A model generated the notes under the pieces. That model did no database searches, had not been told where the DNA came from, and worked only from the letters and a program-made list of their open reading frames with translations. Made by a program: the position numbers and the translations under genes. Positions 9,740 to 22,385 of a DNA stretch of 35,782 nt are shown in pieces; position 1 is the stretch's first letter, and every line of letters starts with the position of its first letter. The stretch comes from Octopus bimaculoides (Eukaryota), in the NCBI RefSeq assembly GCF_001194135.2, contig NC_068987.1:80037461-80073242 (forward strand), read 5' to 3'.

Positions 9740-10328
9740 GGCTAAGAAGAAAATAGGGAAGGCCAGCTCATGGTATGATAGCCACAAATACCAGAGCGTC
9801 ATGTTCGTCGACACCACCCCTAGAGGCGAACTGGCGTACCGCTTTAGAAGGGCCCTAGACAAACTTAAGCTAAGAATTAAGTTTGTTGAAAGGCCAGGCA
9901 ACCCTATTAAATCCCTTATCAGTAGAGTATACCCTTTTAGTAGAACCCCCTGCACTGATAGGAACTGTACCGTATGCAGATTTAGCCCACAAACGAACTG
10001 TAAAACCAGAAATGTAGTCTATAGTATAAGATGTATAGAGGGACGATGCAGTAACAAGACAACGACATATGTAGGCGAAACAGCAAGGAGCATAGAGGAG
10101 GGGGCAAATGAACATTGGGAGGAACTTAAGGAAGGGAAGAACTCATCAGTTCTGTGCCAGCACGCTGAGCAAGAACATGGAGGCTCACTTAACAACATAG
10201 AAATTAAAATCTTATCCACACATAGCAGAGAATTAGCACTTAGACAAATTACAGAAGCTACACACATAATAGAAGATAAACCTAGCCTGAATAGGAAACT
10301 AGAATGGAACACTAACACACACTCCTAA
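9740..10328 (+). mobile_element. Penelope-like retroelement ORF C-terminus: Cys-rich linker plus GIY-YIG endonuclease (5' part lost in gap)
   Basis: Open frame ...FVERPG...CTDRNCTVC...NCKTRNVVYSIRC...YVGETARS...EH...CQH...EH...RQITEA..I...KPSLNRKLEW; VVY...YVG is the GIY-YIG signature. Confidence 0.9.
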
Positions 10329-10700
10329 CAAACCACAAACCACAACATATGACAACATGTTCCCCATAAACCAATAACAATATGAACAAAATATAATACA
10401 ATACATAGATAAACAAATGGAATTAAATACTACATACGTTAACAAAATTTAATTAAATACAGAAAAAACCAAAAAAAGATATAAACACACGAACAAATAA
10501 ATAAATAAAAGCAAAAACAAAAACAAACATGTATTAACAGAGGATATAGATAATACAGGCACTCCTCATAAACACACATGCACTCACAAAAACATAGACA
10601 CATTGAAGGATACGTATGCGTAGACACATACAATAGGAATACAAAATACAAAATGGCTGATAGTTAGCAAGGTGAGACACACAAGAAAGAAGAAAGCAAA

Positions 10701-10746
10701 GGACCACTGATGAGGTCACAGAAGTGTGACGAAAGAACTCTGGCCC
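10701..10746 (+). ncRNA. Type I hammerhead ribozyme in the PLE 3' region
   Basis: Stem I GGACCA/UGGCCC (5 of 6 pairs); CUGAUGA at 10707-10713 plus extra G; stem II GUCAC/GUGAC; GAAA at 10731-10734; minimal stem III AG/CU; CUC triplet ending at 10740. Confidence 0.8.
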
Positions 10747-10799
10747 AAATAGAATTAATGTAATATAATGTAATATAAAGCTGAAGCAAATTAACACCA

Positions 10800-10905
10800 A
10801 ATATACAGTGCGTGTGTTTTTATTGGCTAAACTGGCAATATGACCATCCCCAAGTACAACAATATCTGTTTCAACACACGATTTCATCAAAAATCTTGCA
10901 AAACA
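10800..10905 (-). repeat. Interspersed repeat family D fragment
   Basis: Reverse complement ttttgcaag...gtgttgaaacagatattgttgtacttggggatggtcat aligns to 7885-7955. Confidence 0.55.
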
Positions 10906-11392
10906 TATATATATATATATATATNNNNNNNNNNNNNNNNNNNNNNNNNNNNNNNNNNNNNNNNNNNNNNNNNNNNNNNNNNNNNNNNNNNNNNNNNNNN
11001 NNNNNNNNNNNNNNNNNNNNNNNNNNNNNNNNNNNNNNNNNNNNNNNNNNNNNNNNNNNNNNNNNNNNNNNNNNNNNNNNNNNNNNNNNNNNNNNNNNNN
11101 NNNNNNNNNNNNNNNNNNNNNNNNNNNNNNNNNNNNNNNNNNNNNNNNNNNNNNNNNNNNNNNNNNNNNNNNNNNNNNNNNNNNNNNNNNNNNNNNNNNN
11201 NNNNNNNNNNNNNNNNNNNNNNNNNNNNNNNNNNNNNNNNNNNNNNNNNNNNNNNNNNNNNNNNNNNNNNNNNNNNNNNNNNNNNNNNNNNNNNNNNNNN
11301 NNNNNNNNNNNNNNNNNNNNNNNNNNNNNNNNNNNNNNNNNNNNNNNNNNNNNNNNNNNNNNNNNNNNNNNNNNNNNNNNNNNNNNNNNNNN

Positions 11393-11438
<46 letters not shown>

Positions 11439-11489
11439 GCAGCACACAGACACACAAACACGCACACACACATATACGTATATATAGAG

Positions 11490-11610
11490 TCAGATACTTA
11501 TTCTATCGGTCTTTTTTGTCGAATTGCTATGCTACAGGGATATAAAGAAAACAACACCAGCTGTTAAGCGGGTGGGGGAGCAAGCATAGACACAATGATA
11601 TGCATACATT
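11490..11610 (-). mobile_element. SINE family B fragment, degenerate
   Basis: tacttattctatcggtcttttttgtcgaattgcta...ggtgggggag. Confidence 0.6.
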
Positions 11611-11882
11611 CATACACAGACATATACAGTCATGAATACATACATAGATTCATACACACACACACACACACACACAAACATCCACTCTATGATTTCTGCG
11701 TACCAAACTGATTCACAAGATATTTGTCGGCTGTAATGAAAGACAAAATTACGTTTGCAAAGCTAGCTTCTTAGCGACGGACACAAGTTTGCGCCAGTTT
11801 TAAATTTCAGGGAAATTTGACTGCCTTTTCTTGCAGGTACACTATGCATATAAGGTATCACGTTGACTCTTATTATTTAGGG

Positions 11883-11899
11883 CAGTAGTTCCCAAACTT
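11883..11899 (+). mobile_element. Possible solitary hAT-type terminus
   Basis: cagtagttcccaaactt resembles the CAGTGGTTCCCAAACTT ends of hAT-Charlie MITEs; no partner end seen. Confidence 0.3.
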
Positions 11900-12061
11900 C
11901 TTCAGGCTGCCGCCCCCTAGGTTCTAAGACCACAACTCTAGTGCCTCACTCCCTCACCATTACAAACACCATTTTCTGCAGCAAATCCAAAACAACAGTA
12001 TTTCACAATTAAATCTTCACTTAATTAACCTTTTATTTCGTTTGTTTTATACATCCGTTGC

Positions 12062-12172
12062 GGAGGCGCAATGTCCCAGTGGTTAGGGCACCGGACTCGT
12101 GGTCGGAGGATAGCAGTTTCGATTCCCAGACTGGGCGTTGTGTGTGTTTACTGAGCGAAAACACCTAAAGCT
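12062..12172 (+). mobile_element. SINE family C head fragment
   Basis: A-box-like tgtcccagtggttaggg and B-box-like agtttcgattccc; matches 21269 onward. Confidence 0.85.
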
Positions 12173-14544
12173 AACGTTTCTGCCAGTTCGCTACTTTAAG
12201 TGCGTATTTCATTGATTTTGCAAAGATGTATGGTAAATTCGAACTCCGTAAGGCATGGACTGTAAATCTAAAGAGAAAACCGAATACCACAAAGTATTTT
12301 GAAATGCTACCATGTTTGTAAAATTATATTTTCTTAAAAAAAAATTATATGTTATTTCCTTTTTGTATTTGTTCTGCACGATTCAGGTGTTGAATCAAAT
12401 TTATTCGTGTCTTGGGAAAATCATTACACACGCACTGGTTCGGTATCAGTTCTTTATTGTTAGTCAATCGGTTAGAGTAATTTATTGATCGGTTGTTTAA
12501 CGTGTTATGTAAGCAATTAGTCAGGTGTTTGGTTGTCCGTCAAAGTTCCGTCGTTGTTATAAGCAACATTTTCAGTGATCCGTGACTCCCTACACGCTCC
12601 AAGACCTACTTTAGTCTTATAATATATAACATACTTAATTAAAAAGCTGTTGTAATTTGTAAAGGTGTCCTTAATATCACATATACACATACACATATAC
12701 ACACGTATGTGTGCGTGCGTGCATGTGCGCATAAACTGATGGTGCTGCAGAAGCGATAGAGTATGTTGGGATTTATAGTTTTGGGCCTGTATATTCCAGG
12801 CCCTTTGCTTCCGCAGGAAAACCAATTATGATAGTATCATACAATGCACAAATTGGACTTGAAGGTAATAAGAAATTGCGGTTTTCATACCTTCACGTTG
12901 CGATAATTATTAAGCAATTAAACTCAAAGATATCTCCAACAAAAATATTGAAAACAATTGTTAACTTCAGCATGATTTGAACTAAGAACCGAAATACCCA
13001 CAACAAAATACTTCAAAGTATTTTGTCTGACACAAAACCTCCTTGGCCAATATTAACAATGGTTTCGAATTTGTTTAAGCACCATGATTAAAACAAAATT
13101 CACAAATTCTTCAGCTTACATCTGACTATTAATACATAGTAACGTCACTTCCTATCTTCGGTGATTTTTTCTCCTATATTAAGCATCTTACTCTTTAAAG
13201 TGCTTGAATCCCTTTATTTTGTTATTGGCTTGGCGCCACCAATCCTGGGAAACTGAATTTTTCTACACGCTTGACGGAATAGGAACAGAACTGTCTTTTA
13301 ATGACGGCATCTGACTTTTATTGACTAGCGAGGCTTACCCGATCAAAAGGATAGCCGACATATAAGGAAAGTTTTTGCCATACCATGTTTTTTTCCCCGG
13401 AGACAGGTAATCTCAACTTACGCAACTGGGTATTTTATAAACAAATGAATAACATTTTAAAAGTTTAGAAATACTGGGAAAAGAAACGTTAGTGATGGTG
13501 GTCGTATTGGTGGTAGTGGTGGTGGTGATGGTGGCGTTTGTGGCCTTAATAACCGTGGAGTTGCTAAAAGCAGTGTTGATAAGGTAGAAGGCAGTGATAA
13601 TGTTTATGATAATGCTGAGATAAGGGGCAAGGAAGCGATATCAGCAGTAGCTATGTTACTCTAAATTCCTTTGAAAGCATACTGAACACAATGAACGTTG
13701 TTATGTATCAGAATTTTCTTGCTGTCTTTTTTTTTTTTCATATAGTTTTAAAGCCAATACTTGAGGAAGCAGTGAAGAATATGTTTAGAATTAAGAGATC
13801 TAGATACAGTATTTAGCAGGAAGTTCCAGCTTCAAGCCTTCATAGTTTTCATGTTTATTAATAGCCTGTGTTGTGTTTAGACTACCTTGGAATATACTGT
13901 TATAAACTGTTTTAAATATACAAATTCCATTTCTATGAAATACATATACACAACACTACCAAGAATGTTATTCAGAAGAACATGCTTCTTACCATCTTTG
14001 CCTTATTACCTTCCCCTCCCCACTTAATTTTTTTTTTCTTTTGCATAATGTCCAGCATCATCATCATAATCTATACAATAGCAAACTCAGTAGAAATCAT
14101 GTTTAACGCTTATTTCTTCTTTCATCGCATCCTGCTGAAACTTCAATTTTCAGCCACCTTCAAGTAAATCTTGCCCTTTACCGACTCTAAAGCAACAATG
14201 TGAGAATTATGCTTAGGGCCGTTGGCCGTCCTTCAGATTAACGGATCCTGCCACTCAGATTTTTATCGATGCTCGTGTTTGACCAAGAATTCTAGGATAA
14301 TTGTGATGGTCTTCGTGGGCAGAGTTTGAGTCCTTCAGTTGGTGCAAACAGAAAATAATCTAGAGGCTCTATGAGTAAAATATAAAGTCATGTTGGCGTT
14401 TCCACATCCATCTTCCTCTCTCTCCCCTCTCTCTTTTCCCCTCTTCAGTTTCTCTCAGATTCTCACTTTCTTAGACTCTCTCCTCCTCTCCCTTTCTCTC
14501 TCCTCCTCTCCCTTTCTCTCTCCTCCTCTCCCTTTCTCTCTCTC

Positions 14545-14831
14545 TCGGTTACGACGACGAGGGTTTCAGTTGATTCGATCCACAGAACAGACCGCATGTG
14601 AAAATGACAGGACACGCGTACCCTTAACGTAGTTCTCAGGGCGATTTATCGTGACACAGAATGTGACAAGGCGGGCCCTTTGAATCATTACTCATTTTTG
14701 CTACTAGCTGGGTGGACTGGAGCAAATGTGAAACACAGTGACTTGCTCAAGGTCACAACTGCTGCCGAGAATCGAACTCAGGACCTTAGGATCGTGAACC
14801 GAATACCCTAACCACTAAGCCAGGTGCCTTC
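14545..14831 (-). mobile_element. SINE family E (tRNA head, CORE-like block, family-C-type 3' tail)
   Basis: Reverse complement has tggcttagtggttaggg, gagttcgattctc, tgtgaccttgagcaagtcact, then the gagaactacgttaagggtac...atcaactg tail shared with family C. Confidence 0.8.
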
Positions 14832-15137
14832 CCTTCTCTGCACACACGTTTGTCCCTAGTTCTTCCTTGTTTGTCCATCTTGCTTTATGTTTTGGTCGCA
14901 TTCCCAGCAAATTCTCTTGCTGGTTACCTCCAGGGTGAATGCAATATTGTCGATGATGGCACGAAATTGCGCTGGACACTTTAGCCGATAACTGACGAGT
15001 AATTTGTGACCTTCTGAGTTCGTTCATTAAATGCATTCAGTTCATTTAATATGTTTTTCCGTCCATTTGTCTATTATTATACGTGTTTGACTGCTGAAAA
15101 AAATATGTATAATGTATATGTGTACGTACGTACGTAC

Positions 15138-15138
<1 letters not shown>

Positions 15139-15231
<93 letters not shown>
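15139..15231. repeat. (TG)n microsatellite
   Basis: Read directly. Confidence 0.95.
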
Positions 15232-15233
<2 letters not shown>

Positions 15234-16134
15234 TGATTCTAGGTATTCTCTTTCCGTACTTAACGCAACACATAGTTTCGAAATATTTTAAGCTCCAATA
15301 AACCCATATGGCTGGAATATTTTCAGCATTTTGAACTAGTTAATCATAATATATCACTAAAAATATTCTGCCAAAACAGATAACTTCTTTCCTCATATGT
15401 TTATATTTTACAAACCCCTTTTATTTTATTTTATTTTATTTTACTTTATTTTATTCTATTTTTATTTCTTGTTCAATATCTTCTCACATAACAAGAGAAC
15501 GAATATTCGTAATCTAAACCAGACAGGAATAAACCGAAGAGCAAGATTTATCAAATGACCCGGTTCACGAGTAAGGGAAACTTTTAGACATGTTTTGAAC
15601 GATAAGAACGTACGACCGAGCAGATAAGTTACAATTCTACTAAGTTGTATAAGTTGTTATAAATCATAGCTACTACTACTACTAGTAGGTGGTGGTGGTG
15701 ATGATGATGTTGAAGTTGTTGTTATTGTTGTTCACTCCCTGGTCGAGTTCTGTTCAAGTAGATTTATAGTGAAATGCAGTTCCAGTTGTGACCGTTTCGT
15801 ATTTTAATATCAGAACCTGTGTAATCTAATGTCTGCTTCTCTTATTAAACGGCATGAAGGCCCCCACCCCATCGTGATCGCCGTCATCGTCATCATTATT
15901 ATTGTAAGAGGAGGAGGAGGAAAATTAGCAGCAACATTAACTGCAGCTGCAGCAGTAGCAGCAGCAGCAGCAGCAACAACAACAACAGCTGCTGCTCCAG
16001 TTGGTGCTGCTTCTGTTGCTATTAGGAAAGTTTCTCCTCAACAAGACTACCAAGTTCTTCAAAGGATTCACTTAACGCCAAAATTTATTAAACAGTCGGG
16101 TATTTGGTTGATTAATACTAACTATCTTATAACC

Positions 16135-16666
16135 TTTTCTACTATTGGCACAAGTCCTGAAATTTTGGGGGGAAAGGATTAGTCTAATGGCATCAATCCC
16201 AGTACTTGACTGGTTCTCATTTTTATCGATCCCCAGAAGGATAAAGGCAAAGCTAACTTCTGCAGAGTGGAAGCGCAATGGCCCAGTGGTTAGGGCACTG
16301 GACTCACGGTCGGAGGATCGCTGTTTCGATTCCCAGACTGGGCGTTGTGTGTGTTTATTGAGCGAAAACACCTAAAGCTCCACAAGGCTCCGGCAGGGGG
16401 TGGGGGTGGCGACCCGTGTTGTACTCTTTCGCCCCAACTTTCTCTTACTCTTTCTTCCTGTTTCTTGAGTAAAAACCTGGCGTCCCATGAAGCTAGGGGG
16501 AGGGAACACAAACGCCATGGAAATCGTGAAACCGGCCCTATGCTCCACAAGGGGATAAGAGGATTTCCAGAACTTCTTCAGAATTTGAGCTCAATAATGT
16601 AAAGACTGGTGGAATGTCGTTAAGCATTTTATCCAGTGTGCTAACGATTTATCTAGCTTGCCCCTT
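16135..16666 (-). mobile_element. SINE family A copy split by a nested SINE insertion
   Basis: The halves 16135-16266 and 16571-16666 rejoin into the family A sequence. Confidence 0.8.
16267..16570 (+). mobile_element. SINE with family C head and an alternative 3' tail, flanked by a 12-bp TSD
   Basis: Head identical in layout to 21269; flanks aacttctgcaga (16255-16266) and aacttcttcaga (16571-16582). Confidence 0.8.
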
Positions 16667-16684
16667 ATGTGTATCTAATAATCA

Positions 16685-17375
16685 TTTCTACTATCAGCAC
16701 AAACTCTGAAATTTTGGGTGAAGGGAATGCATCAACCCAGTGTTTCACTGGTACTTAATTCATCGACTCCGAAAGGATAAAAGGTAAAGTCGACCTTGGC
16801 AGAATTTGAACTCAGAACGTGAAGACTAACGAAATACCGCTAAGCATTTCGCCCGGTGTGATAACGATTCTGCCAGCTCGCGCCTTAAATAACGATCTAA
16901 AATTTTTGTAACAAGGGTGGTTTGCGAGAGGAGATTAAGTCGATTACAACGACGCCAGTGCGTAACTGGTACTTATTTTATCGACAACCGAAAGGATGAA
17001 AGTCAAAGTCGACCTTGGCGGAATTTGAACTCAGAACGTAGCTGCAGATGAAATACCGCTAAGCATTTCGCCCGGAGTGCTAACGATTCTGCCAGCTCGC
17101 CACCTTTACGTCCATCTAATAATGTAATGCATAAGCATAATAGATTTAAAACGCGCTGAACAAAATTGACTTCAAATTGTAGCACAAGGCCAGAAATTTT
17201 GGGGAGGGGTTAAGTCGATTACCTCAGCCTACAGTGTTCAACTGGTACTTACTTTATCGATGCGGAAAGGATGAAAAGTAACGTCGACTTCGGCGGTATT
17301 TGAACTCAGAACGCAAAGAGGGCGAAATACCACTTAGCATTTTGCTCGGCGTGCTAACGCGTCTGCCAGCTCACC
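16685..17375 (-). mobile_element. Three further head-to-tail SINE family A copies (16685-16886, ~16887-17105, 17180-17375)
   Basis: Each repeats aaaggataaaagg..aagtcgacc..gg.gaatttgaactcagaacgt...gctaacgattctgccagctc. Confidence 0.9.
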
Positions 17376-17396
17376 ATATATATCATACACATATAT

Positions 17397-17779
17397 TGTT
17401 GTTGTTGACACTCCGTCGCTTACGACGTCGAGGGTTCCAGTTGATCCGATTCACGGAAGAGTCTGCTCGTGAAATTAACGTGCAAGTGGCTGAGTACTCC
17501 ACAGACACGTGTACCCTTAACGTAGTTCTCGGGGATATTCAGCGTGACACAGTGTGACAAGGCTGGCCCTTTGAAATACAGGTACAACAGAAATAGGAAG
17601 AGAGAGTGAGAGAAAGTTGTGGTGAAAGAGTACAGCAGGGTTCGCCACCATCCCCTGCCGGAGCCTCGTGGAGCTTTAGGTGTTTTCGCTCAATAAACAC
17701 TCACAACGCCCGGTCAGGGAATCGAAACCGCGATCCTATGACCGCGAGTCCGCTGCCCTAACTACTAGGCCATTGCGCC
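17397..17779 (-). mobile_element. SINE family C, essentially full length, 5' tip in gap
   Basis: Close reverse complement of 21269-21660; (AAC)n tail at 17397-17406. Confidence 0.92.
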
Positions 17780-18923
17780 NNNNNNNNNNNNNNNNNNNNN
17801 NNNNNNNNNNNNNNNNNNNNNNNNNNNNNNNNNNNNNNNNNNNNNNNNNNNNNNNNNNNNNNNNNNNNNNNNNNNNNNNNNNNNNNNNNNNNNNNNNNNN
17901 NNNNNNNNNNNNNNNNNNNNNNNNNNNNNNNNNNNNNNNNNNNNNNNNNNNNNNNNNNNNNNNNNNNNNNNATCATATACATATTATAATGTAATGCAGA
18001 TGCAGAAGTACTATAAATTTGCAGAAAAATAGTGTGTAAATAAATTGTACGGTTAGCATATCCGTAGCTCGTCGTCGTCGTCGTCATCGTCTGTGTGTGC
18101 TGGTATATGTGTGTGTGTAAGTTTGTAATGTTTTATACACGAAGCTATCTTTCCAATATTTATATTGAAGCAGTGATTCGGTTTCGATCGCCATTTGTGG
18201 TGAGTTCATAATTACCACTAATACTCCTAAGAAAATTACGAACTCTTCAAATATGGATTCTTAACACCTCTAATATCATTAAAGCCGGCAGGAATTAGAC
18301 AAAAACCGTTTTGTATTTGGAACCTTTCACTTAAACAAAAGGTATTATAATTATAACTTTTAACAAACAAAAGTTTTATCACAGAAGAATATCGTTAAAT
18401 AAAAACGTAATAATCTTTAATAAATTTTGAGAATACACTCTTCATTTTCCGTTTTTGGTTATTTCTTTTCTTTTCTCTCCCCTTTCTCGTTGTTAAATTA
18501 CGAACTCATCATCATGTAAAAGTAATATCAGCTAATTCTTTTCATTTTAAAGCTATCAACGTACGTGTGTTTTCCCGCAGAGTATATCGACGAAGAAAAT
18601 TGCACCCAATAACAAGTTCTCGAGGAAAATCAAATAAGAAACGTGTCATCATCGTGTTTCTCTCAAAGATAAATGTAATCAAGGGAATTGAGATATTGTG
18701 AGCAATTGATGCATTATGATAAATCCACGAAGGAAATTTCAATCTCAGCTTTATTCCAGCGCAGGTGTAGCATAGCACTCTCACATATTCATTATCAGTT
18801 CACTTCCAAAGTATTTCTTTTAACCAGAATCATAAATTGGATTAGGCATTACCCACTGCTCACCAACAGCTCACCCACTGCTATCAAGCTATAATATTTT
18901 TATATATTTGTATGTATTGATCG

Positions 18924-18983
<60 letters not shown>

Positions 18984-19538
18984 TTTATATGTTTATGTAT
19001 ATATGTATTTGTTACTTTTCTTTCTGTTTCTGTGTTAGAATTTTTTTTTTCCATCATTATTAAAATTTTCTTTCAAACTGTTTGAGTTTCGAGTCTTCGA
19101 GAACAAGTATTTTCTTTACGGGCAAATTTCTAAAATATCTTTCATTTCTAACTGTAAGAGATTATTTCTGATGAGCTGCATTCCTGCTAGGAAATAAAAA
19201 GGCAGACGTTCTTCTTTTTCTTTTATCCTTTCTTTTCTTTCATTCTTTTTTTTTTTTTTTGTACTTAGTTTAGTTTAATGTTGGAATGGTGCTTGTGAGT
19301 GGGTTGGAGGAAATGAGATAAATAGCAGCATACAAGCAGAAAGAGGAAAATACAATGCTGATTGGAAAGAGCTGATGAGGGCAGAAGAAGCAAGTTTAAT
19401 AAAGAGAGTATGATAGTATAGAGTGAGAGAGATAATGAGAGACAGGGCGGGGGGGGGGAGAGACAAAGAGAGAAAGTCGAAGGGAATGAGAGAGACAGGC
19501 AAAAGAGGTTGAGATAAAGTAAGATGAATGATAACAAA

Positions 19539-19578
<40 letters not shown>

Positions 19579-19899
19579 CAAGAGAGGGCACATAAAGATG
19601 CAGAAAGAGAACAGTGAGACGGAAAGACTAGAACAGTTATAGAACTGTAATTATACATTTATTACGATAATTAATACTAATTATTTATAACTACCATTGA
19701 GTTTATTCTTAATAGCAATACATAATGATGCGCGTTGTGTGTGTGTAAGAGTATGAGAAGTGTGTGTGTACGAGTGTGTGTGTGTGTGTGTGTGTGTGTG
19801 CATTTGAAGGGATCTTAAAGGTAAAGGCTGATTCAGACAATATATAGATGTTCGTTATTAGCTAAATTTATTGTATCGCATCAGAATTCGAAGTTTGAA

Positions 19900-20450
19900 C
19901 ATTCATTGACACATCTGGTAATGCTCCATGTACAATGTTATAGATCGTTAAATTCCTAGGTATAGCAAAGAAGAGTAACTGGAATTCCTGCCAATATATA
20001 CGGTTACCTCATTAGAGATTTTCTACAGGGATACTATTTACCTGCCGTAAAGTCTAATATAGCAACCAAGAAGTTTACTGTAGTTAGATTGGTGATAGTT
20101 AGATTTGTTATGTTAGCGTTCAGACTACTTAAAATTTTCAGCTCATCGTCTCTGTACATGCCGAAGCTGTTTTCTTTGTGAAGGTGTCCTGGAAAAATAA
20201 TCCAATGTAATCTTCGAGTGCATCTACTTTCAAAACTTCCTATTGGATCGTTAATATGGGGTTACTTTTCTCATTGACCCAATAGTTCTCGTAACTAATT
20301 TAATTCTAAGGTCGTTCATCTTAGTGAATTGTCTCCTGAAGCGCATAGATTTGAGTGAGGAGCATCTCAGTATGAAAGTAAAATGCTCGATGTCAAGATA
20401 AGTAAATTTACAAGCTACTTTGTAGAACAGCGGAACTGTAGTTCTATTCG
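19900..20450 (-). pseudogene. Decayed Penelope-like reverse transcriptase fragment
   Basis: In frame FGMYRDDELKIL...TTVNFLVAILDFTAGK* (YRDD at 20145-20156, VNFL at 20067-20078), with DIEHF-like and YIGRNS-like pieces in other frames; matches the GLYRDDG...VNFLDVT pattern of some PLE RTs. Confidence 0.6.
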
Positions 20451-21268
20451 ATTATTCCTGCATATTGGAGATATGCATATATAATATGCTCATCTTATTT
20501 TAGAAGTTATAATCAGTCTATAGCTAGAGTTGGAAAAGAAATGAGATTTGCTATCCATATGACTAATGTGAAGAGGTTGCATGGCGAGGCGATCAACTTA
20601 GTGTGCTGTTTTTAACAGACCGAATATCATTTTCTTAATCGTAGCAAGAGACGATATAAATTTTTCTTGTATTGGTGTTGCTGTTGTATAGGAAACTAAT
20701 GAGCGGAGAGAAAATAGCATGATTCATTCACCATTTTGCTTAGATGTCGCCACAAACATATCTAGAAACATCTATCCCTAATTATGTAACACCTCCCATA
20801 CGCACGTAAATACTACAAGCATGTTACATGCATAATGATAAAGTAAGTTACTTTTGCATTGCTAACTTCCAACATTGTACGATACAACCGACAAAAACGA
20901 AAAACACTTACGCACGTTCCTCTCAAAGACCAGTATACTGTTGCTAAATTAGAACACCTCTACACTGATTAGACTAGGCCTTCTCAATGCAGAGGCCTAA
21001 AGAATGACTTTCAGCCCACTTGATGGTACATCGAGGAAATACATAGACCCTGAAGGAATGTTTACTCATGTGAACTCTTCTAGGTCCAAGGGAAAAAAAA
21101 TCACAGAACCTACTTGCTACATTTTATCTGAGTAACTGAGACCAGAGTGTGACATGGAAAACTCTTGACAAATTCCCTCCATACTTACTAAAAGATCGCA
21201 ACAGTACTCTTTAGCAAGAAAACTGAATTGCAATTTTGCTATTATCTATGGCTGTCTTCTTACCTCCT

Positions 21269-21660
21269 GTGGAGGCGCAATGGCCCAGTGGTTAGGGCAA
21301 CGGACTCGCGGTCGTAGGATCGCGGTTTCGATTCCCAGACCGGGCGTTGTGAGTGTTTATTGAGCGAAAACACCCAAAGCTTCACGAGGCTCCAGCAGGG
21401 GATGGTGGCGAACCCTGCTGTACTCTTCCACCACAACTTTCTCTCACTCTTGCTTCCTGTTTCTGTTGTGCCTGTGATGATTCAAAGGGTCAGCCTTATC
21501 ACACTGCATCACGCTGAATATCCCGGAGAACTACGTTAAGGGTACACGTATCTGTGGAGTACTCAGCCACTTGCACGTTAATTTCACGAGCAGGCTGTTC
21601 CGTTGATCGGATCAACTGGAACCCTCGACGTCGTAAGCGACGGAGTGCCAACACAACACA
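21269..21660 (+). mobile_element. SINE family C, full length
   Basis: A box tggcccagtggttaggg, B box ggtttcgattccc, (AAC/ACA) tail; possible decayed TSD cttcttacctcc / cttcttgtctcc. Confidence 0.92.
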
Positions 21661-22340
21661 CTTCTTGTCTCCAGACAATAAACATGTCCTTTTCCTTAGT
21701 GGCTTGTCAACTTCGTATAAGTCTTCAGTATTGAATTTTTCTTCCCTGCTTGAATGGAACTGGTCTTCATTACCACTTCGTTATCATGAAACGTCTCCTA
21801 GAAGCCGAAATTATATATTTAATAAATCAAGATCTTATTTATCAAAATACTGCGCCACCAGTCACAATATTTTGACTAGAAACTAATTGAAGAAACCTAG
21901 TCTCTTACTTAATTTAGAATTGCTTCACTTTCCAGAATATTCGATGCTAATAACAAGTTAACTTCGGAATGCATTCGTCGAGTTAGAATGAGGGTGTTCT
22001 GAATTCACCTGGTGTTCTTATACCATTTTGTCTACAGCAGAGAATGACCTTCTTACAGGTTCGAATATGTCCAACATATTTGAACTAGCAACAAGTTCTT
22101 TCATATATATATATGTATACACACACAGACACAAAACACAAACACACACACACACATGCACACAAACATACAAACACACACACACACACATATAATACAT
22201 ATATATAATGTAACTTTTTCTGAAATCTTCTCGAAAACAAAATCCAACAGCTGTCGATGGTTATGAAACATCTTATCACGACATGCATATACACACACAG
22301 AGACACTCGTGTACACACACACACACACACACACACACAC

Positions 22341-22385
<45 letters not shown>

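Noticed and set aside
8972-11567. Long ORFs in the track spanning N runs (also at 17680-18087, 22085-22759, 27808-28287)
   Set aside because: They are artefacts of gaps and dinucleotide repeats. Only the 9740-10328 portion is real coding sequence.
12517-12660. Minus-strand ORF end as a host exon
   Set aside because: No pyrimidine tract at the possible acceptor and no recognisable domain.
13048-13120. Minus-strand CUGAAGA...CGAAAC-CAUU-GUU
   Set aside because: Stem I cannot form, and the apparent stem II uses core bases. It overlaps a decayed SINE-like region.
15829-16182. 117-aa Ala/Thr/Ile-rich ORF
   Set aside because: It is a translation of mixed trinucleotide microsatellites running into a SINE, with no domain or splice support.
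16135-17375. CRISPR-like or satellite interpretation of the tandem ~200-bp units
   Set aside because: Eukaryotic context. The units are diverged SINE copies with no constant repeat-spacer pattern.
19160-19210. CTGATGAGCTGCATTCCTGCTAGGAAA
   Set aside because: It may be a decayed hammerhead, but stem II needs two indels and there is no NUH or stem I. Not supportable.
20880-21800. Possible LINE RT remnant around the SINE C insertion
   Set aside because: Only vague fragments (WKTLDKFPPYLLK) and no diagnostic RT motif.
21975-22100. Acceptor-like ttttgtctacag at ~22036 as an exon
   Set aside because: No matching donor before the microsatellite and no recognisable peptide.
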